Virus record (IMG/VR): IMGVR_UViG_2850773344_000009
Strand: one strand, 5' to 3'
Source: a virus
Lineage: Duplodnaviria > Heunggongvirae > Uroviricota > Caudoviricetes
Length of the DNA: 64,000 nt
The position numbers were made by a program, and so were the translations under genes. Shown here piece by piece: positions 41,415 to 55,256 of this stretch. Under the pieces are notes generated by a model that was given only the letters and a program-made list of their open reading frames with translations, was not told the DNA's origin and did not search any database. The first letter of the stretch is position 1, and every line of letters begins with the position of its first letter.

Positions 41415-42250
41415 TGAGGTAGCCTGAGTTTAACGGACACTCCTTCCTGAAATAGAATGGCATCAGAAGGAGCTAATAATGAGCAGAAAAACCCAACGTT
41501 ACTCTAAAGAGTTCAAAGCCGAAGCTGTCAGAACGGTTCTTGAAAATCAACTTTCAATCAGTGAAGGCGCTTCCCGATTATCCCTTCCTGAAGGCACTTT
41601 AGGACAATGGGTTACCGCCGCCAGAAAAGGGCTCGGTACTCCTGGTTCCCGCACGGTGGCTGAACTGGAATCTGAAATTCTGCAACTGCGTAAGGCGTTA
41701 AATGAAGCTCGCCTTGAGCGAGATATATTAAAAAAAGCAACAGCGTATTTTGCACAGGAGTCGCTGAAAAATACGCGTTAATCGAACAATGGCGACAACA
41801 ATTTCCCATTGAAGCGATGTGTCAGGTATTTGGTGTATCCAGGAGCGGTTATTACAACTGGGTACAGCATGAACCCTCAGACAGAAAACAAAGTGATGAG
41901 CGGCTAAAACTGGAGGTTAAGGTGGCACATATCCGCACTCGCGAAACATATGGAACCCGGCGGCTCCAGACGGAGCTGGCAGAGAATGGCATCATCGTTG
42001 GTCGTGACCGACTGGCACGTCTTCGTAAGGAGCTGAGGCTACGCTGTAAGCAGAAACGCAAGTTCAGAGCGACTACGAACCCGAACCACAATCTGCCAGT
42101 TGCGCCAAATCTGCTGAACCAGACGTTCGCTCCTACAGCACCAAATCAGGTCTGGGTGGCGGACCTGACGTATGTTGCCACACAGGAGGGATGGTTGTAC
42201 CTCGCTGGCATCAAAGATGTTTATACGTGCGAAATTGTCGGCTACGCCAT
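41415..42250 (+). mobile_element. IS600 second copy, 5' ~836 bp only
   Basis: Identical to reverse complement of 1..800; orfB reading frame ends prematurely at the breakpoint. Confidence 0.9.
41479..41781 (+). CDS. IS600 OrfA
   Basis: Identical 100-aa ORF to 434..736. Confidence 0.9.
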   Translation: MSRKTQRYSKEFKAEAVRTVLENQLSISEGASRLSLPEGTLGQWVTAARKGLGTPGSRTVAELESEILQLRKALNEARLERDILKKATAYFAQESLKNTR

Positions 42251-42254
42251 GTAA
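41817..42254 (+). pseudogene. IS600 OrfB truncated (145 codons) at junction with IS629
   Basis: Frame ends ...GYAM then stop from junction sequence. Confidence 0.8.
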
Positions 42255-42299
42255 CGTTGAACCGCCCCGGGTTTCCTGGAGAGTGTTTTATCTGTGAAC

Positions 42300-43182
<883 letters not shown>

Positions 43183-43186
<4 letters not shown>

Positions 43187-43509
43187 TTTTTCCAGAGGCG
43201 GTCGAACTCCGCCTTCGCAAAATAAGCGGAAGCCTGGCGAAGGATATCGTTACTGCGGCGCAGTTCACGATTTTCACGTTCCGGCTCTTTCAGACGCTGA
43301 CGTTCAGCGGTGGTGAGCCCTCCATCACCGCCCCCGGTATCCCGCTCATGCTGGCGAACCCAGACACGCAGAGTCTCCGGCGTACAGCCAATCTTTGGGG
43401 CAATGGAACAAATTGTCGCCCATTGTGAGTCATATTCGCCCTGACTTTCCAGAACCATACGGACTGCCCGTTGACGGACTTCGGGGGAAAAACGAGTATT
43501 TTTAGTCAT
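43183..43509 (-). CDS. IS629-like OrfA
   Basis: 108-aa [44 protein letters not shown]... Confidence 0.85.
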
Positions 43510-43563
43510 CCTGTTTACCTCTTTCTCAGGAAGTTTAGTCTCCAGGATTCCCGGGGCGGTTCA

Positions 43564-43647
43564 CGTTGGGTTTTTCTGCTCATTATTAGCTCCTTCTGAT
43601 GCCATTCTATTTCAGGAAGGAGTGTCCGTTAAACTCAGGCTACCTCA
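43564..43647 (-). mobile_element. IS600 fragment: left terminal 84 bp in minus orientation
   Basis: Matches 717..800; terminus at 43647 abuts the gp16-like gene. Confidence 0.85.
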
Positions 43648-45365
43648 ACTCTCTTTTCAATAGGGTCAAGGTTTTTCATCCCGCCAAGATCTTCTTCCAC
43701 CTGTTTGAGCATTGACCTTGTTGATGGCGCATCAATTTTTGCACCTGCAGGCATCGCCTTTTCAACATTGCGATAAAGCTGGTCGCTTCGTTTCATCAGC
43801 GCAGACATTCTTCCATTGACCGTATCAATAAACTTGTCGCTCATACCAAGAGCATCTTTTGCACCGGAAACGCGATCAATTATCTCACCCGCGCCCTGTG
43901 CTAGCTGCCTGATTGCTTCATTTTCCTGCACCTGTAGAGCAGAACCCGCACGGGACTTGATTGCTTGCTCAACTGCCTTGTATTGCTCGTTCCCGGAAAA
44001 GTGTGAAGGGAGTAATGAATCAACATTAAGCCTTTCAGCAGACTCCAGAACTTCAGCCTGAGGATTGATATCTAGTTCATCAAGCGATGAAGCGAGATTT
44101 GGCCTTTTTTGTGCTGCTACTGTGCGAACGACTTCCTCTGGGTTCTTCGTCGCAGGCGTCATTGGTACACCTTGTGCTACTCTTGCCTCTGCGGCATGAA
44201 CCGCAGGATTTGTTGCTGCAGCGGCATCACCGGAGAATGGTGATGTTTCTGTTGGCGCAGTGGTCGCTCTCTGTGCAGATGTTTTATTGCCACTAATTAT
44301 ATTTGATGCACCACGAACACCACGGGTAACGCCATTTATCAGGCCATGCGTAGCAATGCTAAGTCCGGCATTAATAGCGGCATTTTCGGCAAAATCACCC
44401 CGTTGATTCGCCGCGTCAGCGAGAGAACCAATGACCATGTTTCCAGCTACACCTGCTCCAGGAACAAGATAACCGCCTATTGACTCTCCAGCTTGCGCGT
44501 AGGGGTCTGTCGGTCTGTCTACTGGACGATAAACATCATCCAATACTTTTGGCCCCCCAAGCCCCTGACTGATTGCATTAATCAGACTTGCGCCACCCTG
44601 CAATACGTCAAATGGTATGTTTACCAGACCACGACCAGCCTGTTCTGCAATTTGCCCTGCACTTTGACCACCAGTGAGCCAATCGCCAGCTTGTTGCATC
44701 AATGATGGTTCTTCCCGTGTTGGTGCATTATTGGCCTGATTAACTGTTTGTTGCTGAACAGGTTTCGGTGCGACAGAACTTACGGGTTGAGGTGGCTGCT
44801 GACTGGCTGCCTGCTGCTCAATCTGAGCAAATGGATTATTTGGGTCTGACTGCACACCTGATGCCGATACTTGTTCGGATGACTGTACTTCCAGTTGTGC
44901 AAACGGGTTGTTAGGGTCTTGCTGAGGATGTACCTTTGCAGAGGTGGCGCGCTGTTCGACTGTTGAGTCTGTCACCGGGTCACCCGCCCATTGAGCAAAG
45001 CGATCATCAACGTAACCGCGGCCTTCAGGTCCTGGCGTATATTCACCACGCTTTGCCTTCATAACGTTGCCGGGACCGTCGTGATAAGCCTGAAGAGCGT
45101 CACGCCAGTTACCAAACTGCTGGTACATCTTTGCCAGATAGCGCGCGCCAGCGTCAGCCTGATATTCGGGGTTTTGCATTTGCTCATCGGTATAACCCAT
45201 ATCACGCCATGTCCCAGGCATGACCTGAGTCAATCCTACAGCCCCGGCGGAGCTTACTGCGGCAGGGTTGTAAGAAGACTCCTTGGCACCCAGTGCAGTC
45301 ATCAACCCTTCTGGCACACCGTAACGTGCGCCAGCCTGCTCTAACAAATCACGGTAATTAGCCAT
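43635..45365 (-). CDS. P22 gp16-like ejection protein with N-terminal lytic transglycosylase domain; 3' end replaced by IS600
   Basis: 576-aa ORF; last four codons and stop lie in IS600 terminus. Confidence 0.7.
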   Translation of the reverse strand: MANYRDLLEQAGARYGVPEGLMTALGAKESSYNPAAVSSAGAVGLTQVMPGTWRDMGYTDEQMQNPEYQADAGARYLAKMYQQFGNWRDALQAYHDGPGNVMKAKRGEYTPGPEGRGYVDDRFAQWAGDPVTDSTVEQRATSAKVHPQQDPNNPFAQLEVQSSEQVSASGVQSDPNNPFAQIEQQAASQQPPQPVSSVAPKPVQQQTVNQANNAPTREEPSLMQQAGDWLTGGQSAGQIAEQAGRGLVNIPFDVLQGGASLINAISQGLGGPKVLDDVYRPVDRPTDPYAQAGESIGGYLVPGAGVAGNMVIGSLADAANQRGDFAENAAINAGLSIATHGLINGVTRGVRGASNIISGNKTSAQRATTAPTETSPFSGDAAAATNPAVHAAEARVAQGVPMTPATKNPEEVVRTVAAQKRPNLASSLDELDINPQAEVLESAERLNVDSLLPSHFSGNEQYKAVEQAIKSRAGSALQVQENEAIRQLAQGAGEIIDRVSGAKDALGMSDKFIDTVNGRMSALMKRSDQLYRNVEKAMPAGAKIDAPSTRSMLKQVEEDLGGMKNLDPIEKRVEVA

Positions 45366-46697
45366 TTACTGCCCCAAAGATGGAAGATATCCGTAGCGAT
45401 TAATGAAGTCGATTGACAGCTCGGGGTGCTGCTTCAGGTAATCTATAGAAGCCTGAGGCGCTTCCACTCGCTTGATACCGTTTTGCTGAACGTACTTACC
45501 AACCGCCTCATTACGCTTCTGGTTGAGCGTGTTCAGGATGACGCCAGCGTTGCGACGAAAGGACTCCTCGCTCTGCGAGTTCTGCAGCGAACCAACAGCC
45601 TGGTCGAGCTTTTTGCCCTCGGCATCAGAAAGTGCGCCCATGCCTCGCATGGCCTGAACCGCTGTCAGGTATGCTTGGGATTTAAAGGTATCAAGTCGTG
45701 CCTGAGTGTCTGCAGCCTGTGAGCCTGGAACGTTGGGGATTACTCCACGTAAGCCTGTAATGCTCTTAAGTGAAGGAGAACTAACGATATCGTTCAGAGT
45801 GAACATGCTGGTTGTGAGGGTGTTGATGCCGTCTTTGTAGCCATCATTTAGCGCTTGCTGCTTCTGCTGCAACTGCTGATTGTTGGCTGCTATGCGGCTC
45901 TGTATTTCCTGGCGCTTCAGGTCGTTAGTTTCTGCTGATAGCATCCGGTCAAGGCGCTTATTTTCGTTGTTAATGCGGTTTGTTTCTGCGTCCAGATTAA
46001 TGCGCTGCTGACCTAAATTCGCCTGGATATCTTGCCCGCGCATTGTGATTGCCTGATTCCGAGCGGCGGTTTGCGAATCCAGGTCCTGACCGCGCATGGT
46101 AACTTGGCGACCCTGCATTTTATCCTGTAGGTCAAAGTATTTTTCGGGCCCGAGACTGTTCATCCCCAGGTGATCGACAAATTCGCCGAACTGCCGCGGG
46201 TTCTGTTGGTACATCTGAGCGACGTCCTGAGGATTAACGCCAACACGAGCTAACTCACCGGCGTTGTTTTGCAGCCATGATTGCATTGCTTCTGGAGACG
46301 ATGACGCAAGGCGTGCGCCAGCCGCTAAGGTGCCGATAGAATTACGCTGGTCTTCATCAATGAATCCCATGCCTTTACGAACGGATTCAATCTGGTCTGG
46401 ATATTGAGTAGCCAACTGACGCAAAGCACCGCGATCACCAGACGCATAAGCATTAGCGTACGCCTGCTGAAATTCTTTCTGCCGCTGAGCCTGCTTTTCC
46501 TGCTGAAAAACACCCGCAATACCTGAAAGACCTTGCAAAGCAGTCAGCCCAACATTGTTAGCGCCTGAACGCTCAATATCATTGTTCTGCCTGATAAGCT
46601 GAAGCGTATTGCCGATGTCATTTACGTTCGGAGCGTTTGAGTTGACGCCGCCGATACCAGCCAATAATCCGCCATTTGATCCTTGCCAAGTAGCCAT
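45366..46697 (-). CDS. P22 gp20-like ejection protein
   Basis: 443-aa Gln-rich ORF, synteny. Confidence 0.6.
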   Translation of the reverse strand: MATWQGSNGGLLAGIGGVNSNAPNVNDIGNTLQLIRQNNDIERSGANNVGLTALQGLSGIAGVFQQEKQAQRQKEFQQAYANAYASGDRGALRQLATQYPDQIESVRKGMGFIDEDQRNSIGTLAAGARLASSSPEAMQSWLQNNAGELARVGVNPQDVAQMYQQNPRQFGEFVDHLGMNSLGPEKYFDLQDKMQGRQVTMRGQDLDSQTAARNQAITMRGQDIQANLGQQRINLDAETNRINNENKRLDRMLSAETNDLKRQEIQSRIAANNQQLQQKQQALNDGYKDGINTLTTSMFTLNDIVSSPSLKSITGLRGVIPNVPGSQAADTQARLDTFKSQAYLTAVQAMRGMGALSDAEGKKLDQAVGSLQNSQSEESFRRNAGVILNTLNQKRNEAVGKYVQQNGIKRVEAPQASIDYLKQHPELSIDFINRYGYLPSLGQ

Positions 46698-46706
46698 GAT
46701 TACCCC

Positions 46707-47399
46707 TTAAAACAACGAGCCAAGCAATCCGATACCAGCACCAATGCCAGCGCCCCAAGGTGTTGATGTTCCCAAAAGGCTGGCAAGACCTGCACCGGCA
46801 ATCGCACCAGACGTTCCGCCACTAATTGCTGTCTGAAGACTTGATGGTTTGTTGGCATTAGCAGCGGCAAGAGCTGCGCTTTGCTGTGCAATGCTGCTCA
46901 TGTTGTTGGCGTATGTCTGCCCGGCGTTTGCCTGACCTTGCAGCGCACCAAGCCCAACGTTTGCCAGATTGTTGTAATTGCTCATCTGATTTGATAACCA
47001 AGACTGACCGAGTGTCGGCGCGATCGTAGCCAGTTGATTGCTTGTGGCTGTCGAACCAAGTCCACCCGTCGCCTCCGCAGCAGCAAGACTCTGGTAACGA
47101 GCCTGACCTGCAAGGTCTTTATACTGCTGAGAGTTGTAATACTGATTAAGTGCCTGCCCCTGACCTTCTAAACTGGAAAGGTTCTGAAGCTGGTTAACAT
47201 ACTGCTCCGCAAGAGGCGTGAACGGAGCAAGGTTTTTCATGATCGTCTGCCACTGCTGATTTTGCAGGTCTGCGGCATACTTCTGAGCTTCTGCTGCATA
47301 CTTTGCGCTTTTATCAGAGCTGCCACCTTTCCCGCCTTTTTCAGGGCAATAAGGTTCCTCGCCGCGCAGTTTTCTGCCCAGCTTAAATGCATATAACAT
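46707..47399 (-). CDS. P22 gp7-like ejection protein
   Basis: 230-aa ORF with Gly/Ala-rich C-terminus, synteny. Confidence 0.6.
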   Translation of the reverse strand: MLYAFKLGRKLRGEEPYCPEKGGKGGSSDKSAKYAAEAQKYAADLQNQQWQTIMKNLAPFTPLAEQYVNQLQNLSSLEGQGQALNQYYNSQQYKDLAGQARYQSLAAAEATGGLGSTATSNQLATIAPTLGQSWLSNQMSNYNNLANVGLGALQGQANAGQTYANNMSSIAQQSAALAAANANKPSSLQTAISGGTSGAIAGAGLASLLGTSTPWGAGIGAGIGLLGSLF

Positions 47400-47401
47400 G
47401 G

Positions 47402-47857
47402 CTATCTCCCGTGATTCAGGAAGTCGATTAGTTCTTCGCGTGTGGCGCTGTAAAACGTCACGTCATCCACGCCTTTGAAGTATTTCTTGATGGTTCCTAC
47501 ACGCTTAAGGCCAACCATTGCGCAGTACATCTGACCGTGGCGGAATTTGCGTGCAGCGAACGATGTGACGCACTGAACGGTGGTGTTAGTCAGAATGTAT
47601 CGCCAGAACGACAGCCCGATTTCCTTGCTGAAGCCGCGAATCTCTGGCAGGTACATGGCGTGGCAATCGAATGCCAGCGGCTGAATTTCCTGATAGTAAA
47701 CAATGCCGCCGAACTGCCCGTGCACGTTCACCTCAAAGTAACGGCAATCAGGTTTGTAGTCGTATCCATCACCGTTGTTGCTCCCGGCGATAATGTCAGG
47801 GTGATTTCCTACTGCTTCGATCAGGTCGATGTTTCGCGTTGGTTTGAACTGAATCAT
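47402..47857 (-). CDS. P22 gp14-like protein
   Basis: 151-aa ORF, synteny. Confidence 0.5.
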   Translation of the reverse strand: MIQFKPTRNIDLIEAVGNHPDIIAGSNNGDGYDYKPDCRYFEVNVHGQFGGIVYYQEIQPLAFDCHAMYLPEIRGFSKEIGLSFWRYILTNTTVQCVTSFAARKFRHGQMYCAMVGLKRVGTIKKYFKGVDDVTFYSATREELIDFLNHGR

Positions 47858-48705
47858 TACTGCTCCGCGATTATCTTGATGGTTGTGGCAGTAAACGCCG
47901 CACCATTTGACTGAATGGTTAACGTGCTGCCATTTGCGGCAAGAAATCCGTCTTTATCCACGCTGAAGAACGTAGCTAACAGGATGTTATCGGTTGTTGT
48001 CGCCGAGTTGCGACTGCTTACCAGCGTGTCAGGAACAGCGCCGGAAAAGGTTAGCTGCATTGACCTGTTGGCGGTTCCGCTGGGCCACGTCCCGACAATC
48101 GACAGCTTGAAGAACAGGGTTTTGTTCTCGTTGAACACAACCATCTTGTTGTTAACGGTGTCGAAGAATGGTGTCAACGAGCCGGATGACGGCGTGAGCG
48201 TTTTCAGCAGGCTAACAAGGTTGGTCGGCGCTGTCGGGATGGTTACTGATACGCCAGAGTAAACAACCTCTGACTTCTTGCGAGTAGTGGCATACTCCAG
48301 AGCATCGATGCGCGTTTCATGGTCTGAAACCTGCGATTCCAGCGACTGAACTCTGGTATCAAGCGACGCAATATCGCTTTCATTCTGAGCGATTCGCGTT
48401 TCATGTTCCTGAAGAGTTGATTCTGCCTGGCTGATTCGCTCCTCATGATTAACAAGCGTTGCTTCCGCAGCAGAAATTCGCTGCTCATGGTCAGCGAGAA
48501 TCACATCCTGCTCATCGTTCCTGACCTGTGCATCATAAGCGCCCTGTCCGGCCTCGTTGGCCTTGTTAGCCACATTACCAACATCAGTGCCCTGTGCGAT
48601 AACGTAAAGCAGATACGACTGCGAGAAGATATTGCGTGGAAGGACTGATGTGTCGAGCCGTGTGGCCTGAATGATTACCGGCACATTGAGATTCGAATCC
48701 GCCAT
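47857..48705 (-). CDS. Tail needle (P22 gp26-like) with extended C-terminal domain
   Basis: 282-aa ORF with heptad coiled-coil core ([29 protein letters not shown]...). Confidence 0.7.
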   Translation of the reverse strand: MADSNLNVPVIIQATRLDTSVLPRNIFSQSYLLYVIAQGTDVGNVANKANEAGQGAYDAQVRNDEQDVILADHEQRISAAEATLVNHEERISQAESTLQEHETRIAQNESDIASLDTRVQSLESQVSDHETRIDALEYATTRKKSEVVYSGVSVTIPTAPTNLVSLLKTLTPSSGSLTPFFDTVNNKMVVFNENKTLFFKLSIVGTWPSGTANRSMQLTFSGAVPDTLVSSRNSATTTDNILLATFFSVDKDGFLAANGSTLTIQSNGAAFTATTIKIIAEQ

Positions 48706-50123
48706 TACTCAATCCTTATCTGAGCGCCAGACAGAGTGACAGGTGACTTAGTGATAACACGCAATTTGAAGCCGACATTTTTCCTGATGCGCCCGACACG
48801 CTTCCACAAAACGCGTTTGTCGTAAACGAACGGTTCATTCTGCTCAATCATCTGCTCACGCCCGTAATTTATGCCGTCAGTGGTTGCAGAGAGAAAAAGG
48901 CGGTCAGCATACTGCGCAACGCCAGTTGACGATTCAACCTCAAGGTCGAACACTCTGGCGTTATCCGCTTTGAACAGTGGAGTAAACAGCAGGTGTTCCT
49001 GTTGCTTGTCGTACTGGCTGCTGATGTCGAATTGCAATTTCCCGGTCACGGACTCCAGCTTATCGCCGCACGTTATCTGATTGCCTTCGTAAATGAAGTC
49101 GATAGCGCGGTACACATCGTCATACAGGCCTGTTTTCAGCACACACCATTGCGGACCATTGGCGCTTGAAGATGCGTCGTACACGAGAACATGGCGCGCA
49201 AGATGGATAATCAGCAATTCATGAGCATCAAACCGCAACGATTCCATCACGCCATCAGCCAGTTCATCAGCGGTGTAGGAGCGGAGGATTTTCTCAATGC
49301 TCGCGCTGGCGATTGGTGATACCTGACCGGAGCCGATGATATATACAGACGGCGCACCTGTTGCCGGATTGCTGATGAACGCATAAGAATCAGCGAATGG
49401 CGTTTTGCAGTAAGTCCCGGCAATGCCTTTCTGCACCATCAGCGATGGCTGTGCGACATACAAAGCGGCACCAACGGTGGTTGCACCCGTCAGGGAGAAA
49501 TATTCAATCGTCGATGAGCCAAAGCAGACGATGAAGTCTCGCCATGTTCCGATGCCGATGATGCCGTCCGGCTGAGATTCTGCGCGATATTGTGCGCTGT
49601 AACGGTCAGGATGCGATTCGTCTTCAAGGTCAGTGATAAACCATGAATCAGTGCCGTCTTTTGACCACGCATAACGCCCACGTAAGCGTGTAATGTCGCG
49701 GACTGAACCTAACTCATACTGAGTAAATCCACTGTCTGCAGGCCAGTTTGAGACGGTTTTAACCGTGCCATCATAGCGATACTCGACCAGTTGACCATTA
49801 ACGCCTACCGCCTGAGATGTTCGACCATGCGCCATTGATACGCGACCACTTCCGGCAACATCACCGACTTCACTTTCGCCTTTGTACAGCTTGCCACCAC
49901 ACACGCGATAAACAGCATTTTGTGCCATGTTGTACTCGACGCCGCGAGATACACCGTTCACATCAGAGCGTTTGGCAATGCCAGGGAATGAGCGAAGATA
50001 TCCGCTGCTGTTCAGGATTTCTTTGGGTGTAGCCAGCATATTCACTGGCAGATAGTCGATATAGTCAGCGTTTCGAAAGTCTTTGCCGACACCTTTCATA
50101 AGCGGAAGTTGCTGAATCGGCAT
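48705..50123 (-). CDS. Tail accessory factor (P22 gp10-like)
   Basis: 472-aa ORF closely resembling remembered P22 gp10. Confidence 0.8.
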   Translation of the reverse strand: MPIQQLPLMKGVGKDFRNADYIDYLPVNMLATPKEILNSSGYLRSFPGIAKRSDVNGVSRGVEYNMAQNAVYRVCGGKLYKGESEVGDVAGSGRVSMAHGRTSQAVGVNGQLVEYRYDGTVKTVSNWPADSGFTQYELGSVRDITRLRGRYAWSKDGTDSWFITDLEDESHPDRYSAQYRAESQPDGIIGIGTWRDFIVCFGSSTIEYFSLTGATTVGAALYVAQPSLMVQKGIAGTYCKTPFADSYAFISNPATGAPSVYIIGSGQVSPIASASIEKILRSYTADELADGVMESLRFDAHELLIIHLARHVLVYDASSSANGPQWCVLKTGLYDDVYRAIDFIYEGNQITCGDKLESVTGKLQFDISSQYDKQQEHLLFTPLFKADNARVFDLEVESSTGVAQYADRLFLSATTDGINYGREQMIEQNEPFVYDKRVLWKRVGRIRKNVGFKLRVITKSPVTLSGAQIRIE

Positions 50124-50687
50124 TTATTCGCTCCCGTTATCGCAAGGTTCCTTCCGGTGGAAGTAATTCCAACCGTTCCACTTCGCCAACTGATTACCGC
50201 TACCAACAGGCATACGGTTTGGATAACCGGACTTACATTTAGCTGCTTTTGCCCTGTCCATTGCAGACAGTTTGACGAGTCGCTCTTTCCCGTATCTGGC
50301 AGTGGTTATAAGTTTTGCAGACGCTTCCAGCGCATAATCCGGAGCAATTCGGCAGGCAAGGTTGAAAATGACGGCATTGATAGCGTTATTTGATAAACCG
50401 TGCTCATCGCCCGGATCCGGAGCAACATCTGCATCAGCAAAAATGTAGCCAACGTTGATACCAGGTGACGCATCACCGCCAAGCCATTCAGCCATCATCA
50501 TTTCAAGGTCGTTGACGCCGTCTTCCATAGACTGCGGTTCGACATCGGTTAACGTGGCATTTGATGCAACACCGAGCTTACGTAATGCCGCAAGAACTAA
50601 ATCACCCTTCGTTGTCAGGTTCATCTGCTGCCGCCTTAGGTTTTCGACCAGGCTTTTTACGCTGTTTTTCTTCTGGCTCTGCAACAT
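50124..50687 (-). CDS. Tail accessory factor (P22 gp4-like)
   Basis: 187-aa [18 protein letters not shown]...LTDVEPQSM motif resembles P22 gp4. Confidence 0.7.
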   Translation of the reverse strand: MLQSQKKNSVKSLVENLRRQQMNLTTKGDLVLAALRKLGVASNATLTDVEPQSMEDGVNDLEMMMAEWLGGDASPGINVGYIFADADVAPDPGDEHGLSNNAINAVIFNLACRIAPDYALEASAKLITTARYGKERLVKLSAMDRAKAAKCKSGYPNRMPVGSGNQLAKWNGWNYFHRKEPCDNGSE

Positions 50688-50874
50688 CCTTCAAAAGGTC
50701 ATCAGGATGTGAAAACCAGCCAGCATCCAGATATTCCTGAAGCTCTTCGGCTTTCACGATTTCAAAGTCGTAGCCAACGCCTTTCCACTTCTTCATGTCG
50801 CCATGACGAAAGATCATGTGTGTCATGCTTGTCTCCAGATAAAAACGGGAGCCGAAGCTCCCTCTGGTTATCAC
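50602..50874 (-). CDS. Small ORF overlapping gp4 start (uncertain)
   Basis: 90-aa ORF between coat and gp4; may be spurious. Confidence 0.25.
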   Translation of the reverse strand: MITRGSFGSRFYLETSMTHMIFRHGDMKKWKGVGYDFEIVKAEELQEYLDAGWFSHPDDLLKDVAEPEEKQRKKPGRKPKAAADEPDNEG

Positions 50875-52166
50875 GCGGTCTGGTTAGGCAGACCAACACC
50901 AATTGCCTCTGGTCGTACAGCACATGCTGAATACCACACAGCAATACGGCACTTACCAGACAGAGTGTTGATATCACCCTGCGTTGCGAAGATGCCGTTA
51001 ACACCAATACCTGGAATGCTGAAGGAAGACGTTTTCATGCCAGCAAACAGTTCATGGGTTACCGGGATCGGCTGAGACAGCAGGCGGATTGAGTCATCAG
51101 CCCAGAACACGTTAGCGGTGGTTGTTGCCACGTTCAGAACGTTTACCGGAGTGGTATCAGCAAGAGAGGTGTTTACGTTAGCGTAAGCCTTCTCTTCTTT
51201 TGTCAGTGACGCGTCATCCAGCGCAATCGGCTTCGGCGTGATTTCGATGTGAGTACCATCGATCACACGGGTGATTGAGAAAGTCGCGTCATCAGTCAGC
51301 ACATTCTTCGCCATCTGAGACAGGAACTTCACACCAGTGAAGCTGATTTTGTCGCCGCGCTTAAATCCGGTGGTGGAGGATACGGTCACCGTTGCAACAC
51401 GGTTGTCGACGTTCTCTTTGTTACCATCGGTATCAAGGGTGTATGCCTGCGGCTTAAACTTCTGCGCACCAGAAACAGTTACACCAGTCGCGGTTGACTT
51501 GGTAACTGCCGGAAGTTTCGGTGAGCGAAGAATTTCATCAAAGCCAGCAATCTGACGCTGAATAGTACCGTTTCGATATGCTTCTTCAGGAACGCGCCCG
51601 AAGATGTCACCATCTACCAGGTTGCGGCCTGCTTTGCGGTAATCGTCAGGGTTCAGGAAGTAACTGATGCCCATGTCGCGGTTTAGCTCACGGGAGAACA
51701 TCAGTCGCTCTGCATCAGACACAAAATCCCAGCCAGGCAGGCCAGTCGATGGACCAATTGCGCGGGTATCGTGAACAACAAGCGAGCCCATTTCAGTTGC
51801 CTGTTTGGCAATCGCTGACTCAATGTTATTCGCCAGTTTTTTGGCGGATGCCTGGATGCGGCGACGGTAAGAACGCTCATCACGCAGGTCATCTGCACGA
51901 AGCTCGAAGAAATCGTTATCCGGATCGCCCATGTTGCACTTCACGGAGAGTTCCAGAATCCCGGTTGCGTTGCCAGTTAAATCCCAGCCAGTCTGGGTTG
52001 GCGCTTCCTGCTCAACAGGCATCCACACGGTGTTGCTTGAACGCTGCATGGATTCTGCCGGAGGGGTGTATTTTGTCACTTTTGACGCCATTGGCGTCAG
52101 GTTCTGGACGGTTTCGATGATTTCATCCAGAGCATACGTGACCAGTTGACCTTCATTTAATGCCAT
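50871..52166 (-). CDS. Coat protein (P22 gp5-like)
   Basis: 431-aa [32 protein letters not shown]... closely resembles remembered P22 coat protein. Confidence 0.9.
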   Translation of the reverse strand: MALNEGQLVTYALDEIIETVQNLTPMASKVTKYTPPAESMQRSSNTVWMPVEQEAPTQTGWDLTGNATGILELSVKCNMGDPDNDFFELRADDLRDERSYRRRIQASAKKLANNIESAIAKQATEMGSLVVHDTRAIGPSTGLPGWDFVSDAERLMFSRELNRDMGISYFLNPDDYRKAGRNLVDGDIFGRVPEEAYRNGTIQRQIAGFDEILRSPKLPAVTKSTATGVTVSGAQKFKPQAYTLDTDGNKENVDNRVATVTVSSTTGFKRGDKISFTGVKFLSQMAKNVLTDDATFSITRVIDGTHIEITPKPIALDDASLTKEEKAYANVNTSLADTTPVNVLNVATTTANVFWADDSIRLLSQPIPVTHELFAGMKTSSFSIPGIGVNGIFATQGDINTLSGKCRIAVWYSACAVRPEAIGVGLPNQTA

Positions 52167-53077
52167 TATCGAATTCCTTTATTCAGTTGCGCCTTGAGCT
52201 TGCGGTACGTCTCTACATCCCCTTTGTTTGCTGCCGCCTCCATCTGCTTTTCAATCGCAGAGATATTTGCAGCAACAGCATGTCCCTGAATGGGTTCATC
52301 AGGTAACGGGGCTTCTGAAACAGGCTTGGCTCGAGGCTTGAGAGTTAAACGTTCTGACAGTCGAGTGAGTTCAATCAGCGCGGATTGCCCGTCCATCGCC
52401 AGCAACTGGCGTGTTTTCTCAGGATTAGCACCAAGGTGATACATGAGAGCGGCGGATTTCTCCGGGAAGAGGCGCATGATGTCGGCACCGACTGCTGGCG
52501 GCACCAGTTGCATGAATGCATCCTCTTTCTCCTGATAGTCAGGGATATTGAGCTTTTCCGCTGCGTCGTAGTGCTTACGGGCCGCCTCGACGTATTGCGC
52601 TGATTGCTGGGTGAACTCCTGAGTTTTGCGACCCTGCTCGGCGACAGCCTGGCTTCGTGCGTCCATAGCCTTGATCTGCCATTCACTGTTTGCCTGCTGG
52701 AAGGCAGCCAGTGCGCGGCTCTGGTCATAGTCGTACTTAGCCAGTGCATCTTCGGAAAGATAATCGTTAGGGTCTGGTTGTTTTGGTAACTCAGGGTTCA
52801 CCCGCAGGTGCTCCGGCAACTCTCCACGCTTAACCGCTTCCATCTGCTGCTCAAGCTCACGCTGGCGTTTGCGTTCGATGCGGCGACGGGCAAATTCAGC
52901 ATTAGTTGCCGGGTCTTGTTTTGGTTTCTCATCGTCTTTCAGGACAATCTCAAAGCCTTCTTCCTGACCTGCGCTGTCGTTGGCATTATCGACAACTAAG
53001 CCATCAGCAGATGCCGCTGCATGATTGCCGGGCAGGGTTAATTCTTCAGAAGCCTGAATGTCGGTGGTTTGGTCCAT
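52166..53077 (-). CDS. Scaffolding protein (P22 gp8-like)
   Basis: 303-aa ORF, acidic, helical; resembles remembered P22 scaffold. Confidence 0.85.
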   Translation of the reverse strand: MDQTTDIQASEELTLPGNHAAASADGLVVDNANDSAGQEEGFEIVLKDDEKPKQDPATNAEFARRRIERKRQRELEQQMEAVKRGELPEHLRVNPELPKQPDPNDYLSEDALAKYDYDQSRALAAFQQANSEWQIKAMDARSQAVAEQGRKTQEFTQQSAQYVEAARKHYDAAEKLNIPDYQEKEDAFMQLVPPAVGADIMRLFPEKSAALMYHLGANPEKTRQLLAMDGQSALIELTRLSERLTLKPRAKPVSEAPLPDEPIQGHAVAANISAIEKQMEAAANKGDVETYRKLKAQLNKGIR

Positions 53078-53090
53078 GATTAACTCTCTC

Positions 53091-55256
53091 TTATTGAGGT
53101 GTCTCGGCTACTCCGCCGGAGGGGATTTGAACTTGACGCATAAGATTCGCGAAATCCATGCGTTGTGAATGAGTCTGGTCTGCATCTTTAAGAAGCAGCT
53201 CAGCGTTAGCACGAGCATCTTTGCTGCGCTGTTGCTGGAATTGACCTACGAGCCTGAGGTACTCACGCAGTTCTGCCTGCTTGTCGAGGTCCATATTGTT
53301 GAATATTTCTGCAATCTTCGCGGCGTTGAGTTGGTTTTGGGCTTCAACCTTGGCAGCTTCAACCTGAATCTGCGCCTGTTGGTTCTCTGCCTTGAGCAAT
53401 TCAGCCTGACCTTGCAGAAGGATACCCTGCGCCTGAATTTGCTCTGCTGATGGCTGCTGCGGCTGTTGTTGTGCCTGCTGCACCATCTCCATCTCTTCAG
53501 GTGTTTCTGGTTTCTTCAGCCCCATCATCACCAGTTGCTTGTTCGCGTACTCTCGCATCATCTCGACGCCTTTACCGTCAAGCAGCGTGAAGTATTGCAG
53601 CATCAGCATCTGGAACTCTGGAGTACCTTGCGGAACCTTGGTGAGCAACTCCTGAATCTCTGCGCGGTTCTGTTCCTTCATACTCTGGAAGGATGGCCCA
53701 ACGTCTGTATAGCACTCATATCGACCGCGAATGTCGTTGAGTGTGACCACATTGCCGGACTGGTAATCGACAACTTGCGCATAGAGTTGAACGTCTTTCT
53801 CGCTTCCATCTTCAAGTGTCAGCGTTACATGACGAGGAACGTCATAAATATCGTTGACCATTGAGGCATAAATCTCGCCATCACGTCGCATTGCGGTAGC
53901 CAGGTTATCCTGAAACACGTATGTCTCAAGGTCTGCCCGCATGTTCAGTTGATTGACGGTATCAAAAGCGACCTGACCATTTGCCGCCTGCGCATCCACG
54001 CCAAGACTAGCCACTTCTTTCACTGCGTTGGTGGCAGCCTCAAGCATGTAAGCGTTGGCTTGCGGCACTTCAGGGTTTTCCATGTAGGAGATTGGACCAA
54101 TCGGCAGGTCGTTACCGTTTTCATCGGTCCTGTTCTGCAGATAGTACGGATAGTCATCATTTCCGCCGTACATGTATTCGTAGCCTTCGATTTGCTCAGG
54201 GAAGAAGGTCGGTTTCTTCTTCGGTGACCGAGCAACAATATCGGCGTTGAACGACATAATCATGTTACGAAGGCGTTGACCGTCTTTCGTCAGCCTTACC
54301 ACACCCTCGTAGCACTCCTTGTCACCAGCGAATGACCATTCGCCATACACTGGAACGATTGGAATATGCTCTCCGGCTATCTTCTCGCGGTCTTTCAGTA
54401 TCTGCGTACAGGTGATGATCGACTTATACACACGCCGACGCTTCACCTTGCGCTCTGCTACCTTAATGAATCCACGATTAGCCAGGTCGTCGATGACGTC
54501 TTTGATATCCTGCTGGTAATAGCTGACCGGCTCACCTGTCAGCGGGTCGCGGTAGATGAAGACCTTCTCCTTCTCCTCTTCTACCTCGTAATACTCAGCG
54601 ACGTAGACGACATCATTCGACACCCACGGGAATAGCCATGTATCGTTAGGATTCTGGAAAGATGGCAGGGTATCCGGGTCAATACCGTAATCCTCTGCGA
54701 ACTCTTTCCAGCCATTGCGCGACAAGGCGTTAATCACCGTGCAGTGCTTAGCGTCGCTCTTATCCATCTGCTTGCTGTTGGCGTCCCATATGACGTGTGA
54801 GCAGGCTTCATGGATTGGCAGGCGTCGGATTACCTGATTGTTGCTTGTTGGATCGTTGTCTTCGTACTGCGTGACCAGACGCCATGCACCAACGCCTGAC
54901 TCTATCTGCTCACGAACGCCAACGTTAACGGCAATCTTTGCCGTGTTATGGCGCATATCAGTACGATACATCCCCATCAATACATCGGCTGCATCAGGAT
55001 TAGCGCCGTCTTTGGGTCGGAAGAGAACGTCGACAGGGTTCCGGCGCATCTCTGCGACCAGTTTCCTGACCTCCGGGCGAACAACATCGAATTGTCCGCG
55101 ATATTGCAGGGTAGTGTAGTTTGATAGCCAGTCATCCCATTGCGACACTCGGCTAAAATACAGGTCATTTGTCGCCTCGGTTCTGGCTTCATCGCTCGCC
55201 ATCCAGTCTGCGTCAAACTTACACAGAATGGAATTGAGTCTGTTTTCGTCGGCCAT
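53091..55256 (-). CDS. Portal protein (P22 gp1-like)
   Basis: 721-aa [21 protein letters not shown]... with long C-terminal Gln-rich barrel tail; resembles remembered P22 portal. Confidence 0.9.
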   Translation of the reverse strand: MADENRLNSILCKFDADWMASDEARTEATNDLYFSRVSQWDDWLSNYTTLQYRGQFDVVRPEVRKLVAEMRRNPVDVLFRPKDGANPDAADVLMGMYRTDMRHNTAKIAVNVGVREQIESGVGAWRLVTQYEDNDPTSNNQVIRRLPIHEACSHVIWDANSKQMDKSDAKHCTVINALSRNGWKEFAEDYGIDPDTLPSFQNPNDTWLFPWVSNDVVYVAEYYEVEEEKEKVFIYRDPLTGEPVSYYQQDIKDVIDDLANRGFIKVAERKVKRRRVYKSIITCTQILKDREKIAGEHIPIVPVYGEWSFAGDKECYEGVVRLTKDGQRLRNMIMSFNADIVARSPKKKPTFFPEQIEGYEYMYGGNDDYPYYLQNRTDENGNDLPIGPISYMENPEVPQANAYMLEAATNAVKEVASLGVDAQAANGQVAFDTVNQLNMRADLETYVFQDNLATAMRRDGEIYASMVNDIYDVPRHVTLTLEDGSEKDVQLYAQVVDYQSGNVVTLNDIRGRYECYTDVGPSFQSMKEQNRAEIQELLTKVPQGTPEFQMLMLQYFTLLDGKGVEMMREYANKQLVMMGLKKPETPEEMEMVQQAQQQPQQPSAEQIQAQGILLQGQAELLKAENQQAQIQVEAAKVEAQNQLNAAKIAEIFNNMDLDKQAELREYLRLVGQFQQQRSKDARANAELLLKDADQTHSQRMDFANLMRQVQIPSGGVAETPQ

